This document shows positions 38,643 through 50,498 of a stretch of DNA of 64,000 nt, piece after piece. Source of the DNA: Patellaria atrata CBS 101060 (taxonomy: Eukaryota). The number at the start of each line of letters is the position of its first letter. The stretch's first letter is position 1. The notes beneath the pieces are model-generated. The model was not told where the DNA came from and did not search any database. It worked only from the letters and a program-made list of their open reading frames with translations. Where the stretch lies: positions 248,001 through 312,000 of the forward strand of contig MU006099.1 of assembly GCA_010093705.1 (NCBI GenBank), written 5' to 3'. Both the position numbers and the translations under genes were made by a program.

Positions 38643-39602
38643 ATGTCGAAATATACCAACACAGTCCTCATCACTGGAGGTACAATCAATCTTGGATACC
38701 ACTGTGCTCTCAACATCGCAAAGCAACGTCCGGATTGGCAGGTAGTCATTGCTTCTCGCACGGATCCCAACTCGGCAGCAGCAACGATCAACAGGACTCT
38801 TGGCCAAGATAATGTCTTGTTCATGCGACTCGATCTCGCCAGTCTTACAAACGTGCGGGCCTTTGTAGGAGAATGGAAGAAGAAGAGCTTTCCTCCTATT
38901 CAAGTCCTTCTTCTGAACGCAGGACTGCAGTTCCCTAATGAGGTTCTTTTCTCTGAAGATGGCATCGAAAAGTCGTTGGCTATCACCCACGTCGGACACG
39001 CACTTTTATTCCACCTCCTAGTAAAACATCTCACCAAAAATGCACGTATCATTGTGACTTCGAGCGGTACCCACGATCCGGCACAGAAGTCTGGTATGCC
39101 GCACCCAAACTGGACCACTGCTGAGGCGGTAGCCCATCCCCCCAAGGACGAGGAACTGGAGGGTGAAGGTAGAACACGTTATACCAGGAGCAAACTCGCT
39201 AACGTGTTGTGGATGTATGCTCTCGACCGGCGCATTTCCAGTGGGAGAACCGTTGCTGCATTTGACCCAGGTCTGATGCCTGGTTCGGGGTTGGCAAGAG
39301 AATATTCACCTCTTTTCCGTTTCCTTTGGAATCATATTATGCCTGCCATGTTGCCACTTATACGTCTAGTTTTTGGCAGTTCCAACGTTCTTACACCAGC
39401 TGCATCAGCGGCGAACCTGACAAAAGTTGCTCTCGATCCGTATCTTGATGGGGTTAGTGGTGTCTATTACTCCGAGGGGAAACAAATCAAGACGAGTGTT
39501 GAAAGTTACGACGAGGAGAAACAGGAGGATTTGTGGAGATGGACTGTGGAGAACATCGCAAAGTCGATAGAGGAGAAGGAACGCTTTAATAAGTTGGAAT
39601 GA
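38643..39602 (+). CDS. Short-chain dehydrogenase/reductase (retinol-DH/protochlorophyllide reductase-like subgroup); intronless
   Basis: VLITGGTINLG Rossmann motif, LDLASL, LNAG, VTSSGTHDP, catalytic YTRSK, FDPGLMPGSGL, SYDEEKQEDLW. Confidence 0.93.
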   Translation: MSKYTNTVLITGGTINLGYHCALNIAKQRPDWQVVIASRTDPNSAAATINRTLGQDNVLFMRLDLASLTNVRAFVGEWKKKSFPPIQVLLLNAGLQFPNEVLFSEDGIEKSLAITHVGHALLFHLLVKHLTKNARIIVTSSGTHDPAQKSGMPHPNWTTAEAVAHPPKDEELEGEGRTRYTRSKLANVLWMYALDRRISSGRTVAAFDPGLMPGSGLAREYSPLFRFLWNHIMPAMLPLIRLVFGSSNVLTPAASAANLTKVALDPYLDGVSGVYYSEGKQIKTSVESYDEEKQEDLWRWTVENIAKSIEEKERFNKLE

Positions 39603-40175
39603 TGAGTGTATACGACAAGAATAGCTTGGCGCTGGGGGAATATTTACCATCCTTTTTCCATAAAAGTAGTGCAGTAATATGAATGATTTAATACTCTTTC
39701 CATTATTAGAGCATGCTATGGTTTACTGTACTGGTATAGTGAAAGAGTTTCAACTTAACCGTACCCGTGGAGACCGTACACTACTAGGACTATTATTTGT
39801 TCCTTCTTAAGCATATATACTGCAGAGGAAGACAGTACAATAAACGTACAGTAGTTCAGTAGTAGCAAACCTTTTACAGGAAGTGGTGTTCAACTCATAG
39901 CGAGCGGATTCTTCGTACCCCTTTCTCCTCCGATGAAACGAAAATGACTCAGTTCTAATATATTCTCCTATACAATTACCTTAGCGAAGAAAGGGGAGGT
40001 CTTTAGAACGACAACTATATAGTTGCCTTACTATATATATCGTTTAAGACGCTTCCTTTAGTATAAATCGTATTAATACGGTAGCAGTGCCGTATTAGTA
40101 CCGTACTGGAGGCAATATTAGAGGCCGTATTCTACTAATAATACTATTAATATCAATGTTATTACCACTAGTAGC

Positions 40176-40367
40176 TGTCACGATCTGGATCTTAACAATC
40201 GTAATAGTGGTTAGTGGCACGACGGATTAACGTCGGTCCATAGGCCCTTAACACACATATAGATATATCTTCCCCTACTATCATGTAGATAGCTCTTCAA
40301 CTTATTGTCCTTTGTCAATAGTAGTATCGTTGTGGCCAGCTCGCATCTGAAGATGCTCGCCGTGACA
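40176..40367. mobile_element. Solo LTR (192 bp) with 5-bp TSD
   Basis: Perfect 7-bp inverted termini TGTCACG...CGTGACA, with GTAGC duplicated at 40171-40175 and 40368-40372. Confidence 0.88.
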
Positions 40368-40581
40368 GTAGCTAAATCGCTTAGTAGGCCCTGTATATAT
40401 ATATACCCTCGCTATACTTCGTATTCTATACTTACTTTTATATTTACGTTAGTATTTATACCTGTACGCAGACTTTAGCGAATATCTCCCTAAATCCTTA
40501 GCTACACCCTACTAAAACAAGGGAATTTGAAGGGAAGTCTTACCGGATAAGGCGTACAAGCGTATCACTACCTTGTCGATA

Positions 40582-40744
40582 TGTTACAACGGGAGTCTAT
40601 ACTTATCGAGACAGAACAAGACAAGTCTAGAAACGCACCAGGCTTCTCACTAACATTTCCTGTTGGTCGCTTGGTCGTCTGGTCGTCTCTTACAACCGAA
40701 CGTCCAGGTCACGTGACCCTTGGTCACTTACTTTCGCCCGCAGT
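40582..40744. mobile_element. Internally deleted, 3'-truncated copy of the LTR at 40921
   Basis: The first ~70 bp (TGTTACAACGGGAGTCTATACTTATCG...) match 40921 onward. The remainder matches about 41365-41468 (GGTCGT repeats, GTCACGTGAC, CCCGCAGT). Confidence 0.85.
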
Positions 40745-40920
40745 AAAGCTATACATATTAGTGTTATAGTACGTGCTTAGTATAGTTACTCTAAGATTAC
40801 TATTTTTTAAGAGATAACCCGTGTCTAACGGGGTAACCAAACAGCTACCGGTTTCCAAGACCCCCCTTCTTTCGCTAAGGTAAGTCTGTGTTCATGTATG
40901 TCTTAGATAATTAAGGATAT

Positions 40921-41537
40921 TGTTACAACGGGAGTCTATACTTATCGTGACGGAACAGGATAAGTCTAGAAACGCGCCTGGCTTCTCACTTAACGTGGTC
41001 AACCACTAAGGTAGGTTTGGCAAAGTGATAGGATACGTATAACAAAGGCACTTCAAGTTGACGATACAACTTGCTGACTCCTTGACTTCGGGTAATGCTC
41101 ACAATGAGACAAGACGTACTGTATGGAAACAGCGTAACAAGTGAAGTCAAGTTCAAAACCGTAACATCCAAATCTATGGGTAAGATTGATGGTAAGAATA
41201 ACTACGAAGAATCTAAATACAGGAGGGAAAGACCGTCCTTAAATATTCCTATCCTTCATAGTCAATTTGGTTGCCTATACTCTGGTCGTTCTGGTCGTTT
41301 GGTCGTTTGGTCGTTTCTCCTACGACCGAAACGTCCTAACGGCTAAACGTCCCCTTCCGTGGTCGTCGTGGTCGTGTGGTCGTGTGGTCGTTTCTCCTAC
41401 GACCGAAACGACCAAGCGACCGTACGTCCAAGTCACGTGACTCGCTGTCACTTGTTTCACCCGCAGTTCTCCCGAGTGGTGCTCCTTCTTTCCCCTCACT
41501 CGTTGTCTGCATGTTCTTACAACTTGTGGCCGTAACA
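40921..41537. mobile_element. Solo LTR (617 bp) with 5-bp TSD
   Basis: Termini TGTTAC...GTAACA, with GATAT at 40916-40920 and 41538-41542. Confidence 0.88.
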
Positions 41538-41947
41538 GATATATCAGTATAATACGAATGTGAAATTCGTGACGAAAAATAAGAACGCTGAATGACCTAA
41601 TTGATTGCCTCTAGGCGACGCTTTTCCAAGCCGAGGCTTGTTTTAGATGCGAAGGAGGTACCCTAACCTTGAAAAACCCTGGTGTTCAAAATATATTGCT
41701 CTACTTTTGTCGCGAAATCTTGAACCCCCACATAGTGGTGTACTAAGGTATCAGAAAGCCCTTGGGGTTTAACCCTTATGTTGGCTTGAAACGGTTAAAA
41801 GCCTAACGCTGTCTGTGCAAATTCGTTTCTTCTAAACCTGACCTTTTCCATAGTCGTCTATTGTAGGAACTCCTGCTTGCTAAAAGCTCTGATTACTGCA
41901 ATCCTAGCTGCATTTCAAGCAGTTATTTCTTAGAGTCACAATATATA

Positions 41948-43598
41948 ATGTCCAAAGAATACGACGGTTCGGCAGTTGACGTAGAGGAGTCCTCACCCGG
42001 ACGACGCCGTGCGACTCTTATCGATAATGACAAGCCGTTTTGGGATAGGCTCTGGCCGTAATTGCCTGCGGTGCGGGACTTTTCTCAGATGGGTATCTGA
42101 ATAATGTAAAGATTTCTGAGGAAACCTGAAGTGTGGAAAATGCTAATATAACTTCGCGCGTAGGTTATAAGATCAGTTAATACAATGCTGAGAAAGATTT
42201 ATCCAGGCTCATATGCCAACTCAACTGCGCAGAACAATGTGTCTTCGATAACGTTCGTGGGAACAGTAATTGGAATGCTTTTTTTTTGGATATACATCAG
42301 ATCACTTTTCCCGTAAATGGTCGCTATTCGTCTCGACAATCATTATCCTGCTATTCGCTGCGTTAGGTGCTGGCTCGTACGGAGCTGGAGGAAGTGCAAC
42401 TGGTCTTTTCGGGGCTCTAACCGCGTATCGCTTCTTTCTTGGAATAGGGATTGGTGGAGAATATCCAGCCGGGAGTGTTGGATGTGCTGAAAGTACTGGG
42501 GAGCTGAAGCAAGGAACTAGAAATAGATGGTTCATCATGTTTACCAATGAGCAGATTGATTTAGGATTTGTAGTAGCAGCTATCGTACCTATGATTGTTG
42601 TAGGTACCCACTTAAAGGGAAGAACCTCGTCGTATCGAAATACTAACATCTCAAAGGTCCTTGCGACGACGGAAACCCATCTACGTGCGGCATGGCGCAT
42701 CTGTCTTGGTCTAGGAATGTTACCACCTTTGAGTCTCCTATATCTTCGGATAAAACTACAATGGCTCTTGTGCATTAGGCTCTACTGGTTCCGGCTGCTA
42801 GTGATATCTATTATTTGGTTCATCTATGATTTCAGCGCGTACAGTTTCGGCATATATCCATCATCAATGCTAGCAAACTTGGCGAAGACTATCCGCTCTG
42901 GAAATCCTTTGGTTGGAACACCTTGATCAATTTCTTTTACATGCCTGGTTGTATCCTAGGTGCGTTTGGCTGATATGCCGAAACTGGGTCCTAAGTGAAC
43001 CCTTGCACACAGAGTCATTGCCCAAGGAATTGTTGGCTTCATCATGGCAGGATGTTACGCTCCGTTAAGTAAGCCAAGCAATGCCGCGGGTTTCGTGGTA
43101 GTATACGGCCTCATTTTAGCCCTTGGTGAAGTAGGTCCTGGTGATAATATTGGCCTAGTTGCAAGTAAAACCAGCGCAACGGCAATCCGGTGAGTCTCAG
43201 CTGGACTTCCGTCTTTCCAAATCCTGAGCTGTCGATTAACGGACATAGGGGCCGATGCTACGGTATCGCAGCAGCAATAGGTAAAGTTGGTGCCTTTGTA
43301 GGCTCACACGTGTTTCCTATTATCTAGGACAACGCGCCGAACGAAACGCACGCTGGACAAGACCCTTTTTTTGTTAGCAGTGCACTCGCTATATTCAGTA
43401 GTCTCCTAGCACTCTTCTTGCTCCCAAACATAGAGCAAAATACGATTGATGCCGAGGATACCAGGTTTAGAAAAATTTGGAGGAGAATGGATATGACACT
43501 TCCGCAATGGGACTGAAAATAGCGTCGATTAAAGGAGAGGAGTCGCTGGGTGGAGCACACTGAAGGATGTATCGATATCGTTAAGGACTCCAAAATAG
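41948..43598 (+). pseudogene. GIT1: Glycerophosphodiester (glycerophosphoinositol) permease pseudogene, GIT1-like MFS
   Basis: Family motifs are present: ACGAGLFSDGYLNN, GIGIGGEYPAGSV, LGEVGPGDNIGL and GRCYGIAAAIGKVGAFVG. The gene is disrupted by a frameshift at about 42057, a +1 T in the run 42279-42287, an in-frame deletion near 42761, stops TGA 42996 and TAG 43325, and further frameshifts. Confidence 0.9.
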
Positions 43599-43889
43599 AT
43601 AATTATTCTATTAGTCATACCATATACTGTATTCCGTATGTTGATGGAATAATACCAGATGCTGTTGATCGTTTGACTAAGAGTATCCGATTGATCATTT
43701 AGAGATCGACTGAAGAAACCGGTTCAGGTGTCGATCACGTGATTCGCTCCTTTGATGACATCATTGCCGTTTAAGTACAAGTACAAGTAGAGAACAGGAA
43801 ATCGAGTCGTGGTTCGTTTCGGCCAGTAACTTTATCGAAAACTTATTCTTTTACGGATCACCAACCAGCTTCGTAATTGAATACGAACC

Positions 43890-44438
43890 ATGGGTGCTGT
43901 AACTAGGTCACAAAGTCAAGCCGTTTCGAAACCAGTTGCTCAGCAGAAGCAAGCAGTGGAAGCACGAGAACAGTCAGCGAGTGCTAATGCGAGTGTATGT
44001 ATATCTCAGTAAATTCATTTGCTTTACTCACTCGTGGAAATATGGTTTTTGTCAATCAAAGAATTTGAATTCCCATTCCTGATCCAAAGTATATTTGATC
44101 CTCAAATTCATATGCCCCTAAAAAATGATATTTCGTGCCGTTAAGCTTATCTCTTTTTGGTAATTTTATCTTTCCCAGATGAGTAGGCTGATGATAAGGA
44201 CAACAAGGCTGGTCTTAACCTCAGCCTTCTGGGAGCGCTCTCCGGTGCTATTTCGTCTAAGTCCAAGAAGTCTAAGCAAGCACAACCAAATGCTTCGGAG
44301 ATCACCTATGAGGAAACTGATTCTGCGGCCCGTGCAAATGGACAAGCAGCAGGAAGCTTGAGTGGGTACGGACAGGGAAGAGCAGAAGCCAGGGATGCGA
44401 GATATAAGAAAGTGGACCATTTAGGGATTCAGGAATAG
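43890..44438 (+). CDS. Putative small 118-aa Ala/Gly/Ser-rich protein, 2 exons (intron 43995-44186)
   Basis: Exon 1 is MGAVTRSQSQ...SANAS followed by a GTATGT donor. After the TAG acceptor an 84-codon exon reads ADDKDNKAGLNLSLLGALSGAISSKSKK...VDHLGIQE*. Confidence 0.6.
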
Positions 44439-45550
44439 AATTTTTCTGAAATGATGAACGGTGGAAATATATATCCCTTCATGGATTGACTGAGGAAGTG
44501 AACAGCCATCAATTATTGTCTCTCAAGTCACCTGGGGTATTCCTCGCACTTTGAGGATCGATGGTTTCATAATGCCGTGCGACTACCGCAAAAGAGTCGA
44601 AAGGTGGAATTTTTTTTGTAGATTTGGAGGGTTTTTTTTTTCTTGTAATTTGCGTTCTGATTTCCTCATGTCGACTTTATTAAAGGGTGCAACATGAGGT
44701 TGAGGTGGATAGGAAAGAAGCTTGGACAGGACCACACCGCCACATTTGATGTGTGTTAATCAGCCTAGAGATCTTGCTGTCTGCATATGCCCCACTCGTT
44801 CTCATGATTCGACCATGTGGCTCACTCTCTGCTTTAACGTTGTTTGCAATATGCAAGTTTGAATTGAAAGACGCGAGCGGAGAAATATAGAGCGCAATGG
44901 TGGTGGAGAGTCCCGAGAATGTTGGACCACTTGCGCAGAGTCGTGTGAACCGAGGCTGCCCTGATTGGTCAGTCGCGAGTTCCATTGGACCAAGGGGATT
45001 ACAGATTACAGATGATTCATTTCAAGACAATCATCTCCATCATCCCTCTGCTTTCATCATACTGGTATACCTTTCTTTCTATCCTCTGCTACAAATAGAG
45101 AAATTCCACATCGCTTCTTTCCTCTCAAGCGACAAGAGTAGAGTACATCGAACCCCCTTTCGCCTTATCATCGCGGATAAGAACCACGTTTCGTCATCGG
45201 TAATAGCGCACACAGGCTCCCGACGTAGGGTATTGAGCTTGACAAGTCGCCGTTAGTCTTAGGAACTACAGTATATACACTATCTGATGCAAGAATATAA
45301 GTTTCTGATTCATTCTCAGGTTTCCAGTACCCCAATCTCCCAGCAACCCCACCATCCCATTAATTATCATACATCGCCACCCAGTACTGAGTACTGACTG
45401 TCACACTTGTTTATGCGCAGTTTCCTTTCCCTTTGCGGAGTCCGTCCTAAACTTAGCAAACCGCACCTTTAAACAAGCTTTGACTCTTTGTAGTCATAGC
45501 GAGGTGCATCTGCTAAGATCCTAGGAGGTACTCCGAATACGACCCAGCAT

Positions 45551-48500
45551 ATGAGTGGATATCTTTGGAAATACTACCTTGAAGATGATGTCGACAGCTT
45601 TCGAAAATTACTGGAGACGGCCAGTTACAATGTTAAGCCGGGCGCATCCAAAAATGTCGGTAGCGGACACGGAAGTAATGTGGGATTCGCCCTAGGAAGC
45701 CCTGGAAGCCTGGGCACTTCACCTACTTTAAGTTCTAAAGGGAAAAGACCAGTATTGGGTTCTGCTGTTGGATATAACCTTACATTAACTCGCACAGACG
45801 TGAACTGGAAAGATAGCAATGGACTAACAATTCTCCATCATGTTGCATCATCAACAGCCCACAGTGCACATGGCTTCGCGGCAGCATTACTTGAGCATGC
45901 TTTGGTCGATATCTATATCCAGGACCTCGAGAATGGGTGGACTCCATTACACAGAGCTTTCTACGCGGGTAACATTTCGATTGCGAGACTTATTCTCAAT
46001 CGTGATGCACACAACACTTTAAGTCGTAGCTCGGGACAGAATTTGGGTGGCCTTATAAAAATCAAGGATAAGGAAGGGAATGGGCCTTTTGATCTTTATG
46101 CCCTCACTATCAAAGACCGCACTCTACATCCCGAAAGCTCGAGCGGGCAAGATACAGAGTCTTCTGAAGATGATGATAATGGAAGTCATGGTGATAGCGG
46201 CGAAGCAGATGGCGGCCCTGCATTCAAACTGTCCGCTCAAACTTTTGCAGATCATCAAGGTGACGAAGTTTTCACATTCGGCAGCAACAAGAACATCACG
46301 CTAGGATTCGGAGATGAGGACGACAGACAGCATCCAGAGCGTGTACAGCTGCGGAGGCCCGAACATCTTATTCAAAGATTCTATCGACAGTATAAGAAGT
46401 CACAATCCCGCATGTTGTCGTCATATGGGCACAATGCTGATCAAGGTGATTGGGAGATACAGCAAACGTTGGCCTCGTTACCTACTGGAATTCGCCATAA
46501 GTCATTGATTATTCAGGATGTTCAGTTGTCTAAACTTCATACAGCGATTCTAACGACAGACCCAGTTTCAAACCTTTACATGTGCGGCCACGGTCCAGGG
46601 GGTCGATTAGGACTTGGCCATGAAAGAACACAGTTTCAATTTGCCTGTATTGAAGGCGGCGGTCTCGCTGGTAAAAAAGTTGCTTCTATTGCTCTTGGAC
46701 AAAATCATTCGCTTGCCATAACTGACGACGGCAAAGTATATTCGTGGGGAAGTAATGGGTTTGGGCAGCTCGGTTATGCCCCATCAAAAAGTATGGGGGA
46801 TGAAGAACCTGTACAAAATTTACCCAAACAAATATTCGGTCCTCTGAAGGGAAAAACAGCTTTGGGTGCAGCTGCGTCGCGTGTTCACTCAGTCGTTCAT
46901 ACGAACTCTGAGCTATACACATTTGGAAAGAACGAAGGGCAGCTTGGACTCGTCAGTTCGGATGCTCGGTCCCTTGAGGTGCAGATCACACCTCTCCGAG
47001 TCGCTGCATCTTTATTTTCAGTATCGATCAAGTCGGTGTCCGCAATAGATCGGGCAACTATTTGTCTACTCGAAAATCATGACGTTTGGGTGTTTGCGAA
47101 TTACGGCTATGCGAGACTCGCGTTTCCTCTTGAGGGGTTCTCTAATTATTTTCTCCGGAATAGCTTCCTCACAACGAAGTATGACACCACTCCAAACCGG
47201 ATCTGTAAGATCACAGCTGGAGGCGACACGATTTGTGCGATGTCAACTGCGGGAGAGGTATTTACCGTAGCGGTAAGCAATCGCACCGAACCTGGTTCAG
47301 ACTCTTCGGCATCAACAACCAATCCAACGAAGATTAAGGGTGCATTGTCACAACCTTGCCGCCTCTGGTCTTTGAGAAAGGGTCATATGGCAGCAAGAGA
47401 CGTCGATGTCGATCAAGATGGATCTATCATTCTTACCACCGAGGTGGGAACCGTATGGAGGCGAACGAAGAGAGCGAAGATCAAAGATGCGAGCGCTGCA
47501 GGTACTTCTGATTATCGCCCTAAAGATTATAAGTTTTCCAGAGTCCCTTGCCTTACGAGAGTGGTCGCTGTAAGAGCTTCTTCATTTGGTGCCTACGCAG
47601 TCATCCGTAAGGACTGCGATGTTACCAGAACTCAGATTGATCTTAACGACCCATCTTTGTGGCACGACTTGTTGCCGTTATTTCCGTTAAAGGAAATCTG
47701 GTTAGCAGAAGAGGGCTGTGATGCGGAAAATGCAGTACCAATATTCTGGAAGAAACCGCAATATATCGAAACATTCAAAACAAGGATTCTAGGCTCAAAG
47801 GATGCCGAAAAGCTCATCCATGGAGTTCTGCAAAGTTTGGCCCATGAGGACAACTCTATCTTTGATGTTGAGATTTGCACCAATGTCTCCGACCTTCGTA
47901 TTCCAGTTCATGGCTTCATACTCTCCGCAAGAAGCTCCATCGCAAGGCAAGGGTTGAATCAATTACGCCGCGGTGGGACGTTCTCTGTGATAGAACTACT
48001 CGAAGGCGACGTTGAGCCTTCAGGAAAAATATCAATCAAGTTCCAAGGTATTGATATTCTGACGGTCGTTGATTTCGTGTTGTATCTATATACCGATGAA
48101 GTAGTAGATTTCTGGCATCATACTCGACAACACCCAAAATCAGCTTACCGATACCGCCAGATCAGGAGTGAGCTGATGAAGATCGCGTCTCGCCTGGAAA
48201 TGCGACAATTTGAGCCTGCTGTACGACAAATGGTACAGCCGACGAAGTCGCTGAATATTGACATGGAACTAGCTATTCGCGAACCTGATTATCTTGCTAA
48301 TGGTGATGTTCTGATTGAGTTAGCAGACGCAGAGGTACTCGTCCACAGCGCACTTATTTGTCAACGATGTCCCTTTTTCCAGGGACTTTTTGGAGGACGC
48401 GCAGGAGGCCGATGGTTGGCTCAAAGACGGGAGGAGCTTGAAGAACCATCAGATGCTATTAGAGTCGACTTGAAACACCTACGGTCGGACGTCTTCACTG

Positions 48501-50498
48501 TGGTCCTACGTCATCTCTACGCTGATACTGGCGAGGAGATCTTCGCTGAAACCGTGTCCGACGATTTGGATCACTTTATCGACAAAATCGTTGACGTAAT
48601 GGCGGTAGCAAACGAACTCCTACTAGATCGGCTATCACAAATCTGCCAGCGTGTTATCGGTCAATATGGTGAGTCAACTGAAAGATGCTACTGATTAGCT
48701 TCTAATAAATCTAGTGAATGTTAGAAATGTCTGCCAGCTGCTGAATGCAGTATCCCCTAGCTCTGTTACAGAATTCAAGGATGCTGGATTAGAGTATATC
48801 TGTCTGTGCCTTGAAGCCATAATGCTTAACGGGTTAGTACATTCTGCCCACGGTCTAAGCGTATCTAATCCTCTTAGGTCGCTCGATGAGCTAGATGAAG
48901 ATCTGATCTACGAACTTGATGAAGTAGTCCGCAGTAATCAGCTGGCTTGTTTACCATTCGTTCGGAGTGGCAGAGCAGAAATGCTGCTGCATGAAAGAAA
49001 TCCGGATCTAGCAGAGAGAATTGATCGAGGTCGCCAGGCTAAAATTGACTCGATCAAATTACTTTCAAAGTATGCAGATACCGACAATAGGGTATCTTCC
49101 TCTTTCAAGGCCCATAGTCTGGATGAGTTCGCGTCATCACCTTCACAGATCAAAGCGCGACGTAAAGGGGCAACGGAGCCGGTAAGTCCTTTGGTCCATC
49201 CCGCTCTTAGTAGTAGGACCTCCATCGGTGATCTAATGTTTGAAATGGACGATGATAACATCAATGACGGCGTGGAGCTTAGCCCATCTAATCTTGGCCT
49301 TCAAGGGCTCAATAGCCCTGATAGTAACTACCAAACTAACTTGGACAATGTCCCACCCTTTCCTCTGCTAGATAACCAGCGGAACCACCCAGGCGCTCCT
49401 GAGTCTGAACTTGATAAGCATTCAGATGTTATTTCAACACAGCCATCTACAACTACACCGTCCAAGCAGTCGGCAGGACCGTGGGCTTCAACCCCATTAC
49501 AGTCAACAAAGCTCGACATGAAGGAAATAATGTCGCAGGCTTCGGCTAGCCGCACATCCAACATCTCCTTAGGACTGTCGGCTCAAACAAAAGAACAACG
49601 AGCAGGTCCATCTTTCTTAACGAAGGTGTCTCAAAAGGAGCGGAAGAGATCACAGCAGGGGCAACCTTCGTTTTTTGCTAACACTCCATCTCCTGCATCA
49701 TCAGTGCCGAAGCAATCACCATGGCAGAACGTCTCCCGCCAGAAAAGCTCTCCAACTGCTCCTCCTGTGAAATCGACTCCCAGTCCGCAAACCCAGCCTT
49801 CTCGTACACCAAGTACCCCACATCTGACAATGCGCCAAACGATCGCAAACAACGGCCCCAAAAGCAAGCCTACACCTTCCCCAGGACCACAAAGCCCTCC
49901 ACAACAACGCCGCAGCGTGTCAGCCACGCAACCATCCACGCAACCATCCTTAACTCCCTCTCAGCAACCTAAACCCGCGCTGCCACAGGCTGCACGCCCA
50001 ACCTCCTCATCCGGCCCTTCCTCTCAACCGAAAATCCAATCCATCCGCCACACGCCTGCCCCGCGTCCTCCTGAATCGGAATTCGCATACCAGCTCTCGA
50101 TGGCCGACATCCTCTCCCAGCAGCAAATGGAAAAGGATATCATCAAAGAGGCCAGAGAGTCGAAACGCAGTTTGCAGGATATTCAGCAAGAGCAAGAGTT
50201 CCAGGAGTGGTGGGACAAAGAGAGTAGGAAGGTTATGGAGGAGGAGGAGCGGGAGAGAAATAAGGCGACGGGTGTGGAGCCAGGCAAGGGGCGGAGGAGG
50301 GGTGTAAGGGGCAGAGGTGCGGGTGTTGCTGGGGATGGAGGTCGGAAAGGGAAGGATGAGGTCGGCGTGAAGGAGAAGCCCAAGCAAGATGGAGATGCGC
50401 CGAATAAGGCTGGTTCCGAGCGTGGCGGAAGGGGCAACGGATCTAGAGGGAGGGGTGGGAGGAATGGGCAGAGCGGACGGGGCAAGGTGAGGGGCTAG
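45551..50498 (+). CDS. Ankyrin + RCC1 + BTB domain protein (Btb1/IBTK-type Cul3 adaptor), introns 48669-48714 and 48833-48877
   Basis: Ankyrin repeat DLENGWTPLHRAFYAGN; RCC1 repeats (VFTFGSNKN..LG, VYSWGSNGFGQLG, LYTFGKNEGQLG); two BTB domains (VHGFILSARS, VHSALICQRCPFF); C-terminal SLQDIQQEQEFQEWW and an RGG tail. Confidence 0.93.

Larger units (their letters stand above)
39973..40888. mobile_element. Degenerate TIR DNA transposon relic (Tc1/mariner-like ends) carrying nested LTR insertions
   Basis: TTACCTTAGCGAAGAAAGGGGAGGTCTT (about 39976) is an imperfect inverted repeat of AAGACCCCCCTTCTTTCGCTAAGGTAA (about 40857-40883). The left end follows TA. The interior is AT/TpA-rich with no intact transposase. 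Confidence 0.6.

Noticed and set aside
12544..39602. Secondary-metabolite gene cluster (MFS, TF, SDR)
   Set aside because: There is no PKS, NRPS or terpene backbone gene, and the components are scattered among housekeeping genes.
44450..44494. Box C/D snoRNA-like ATGATGA...CTGA
   Set aside because: It is only about 45 nt, has no identifiable guide, and probably lies in a 3' UTR.
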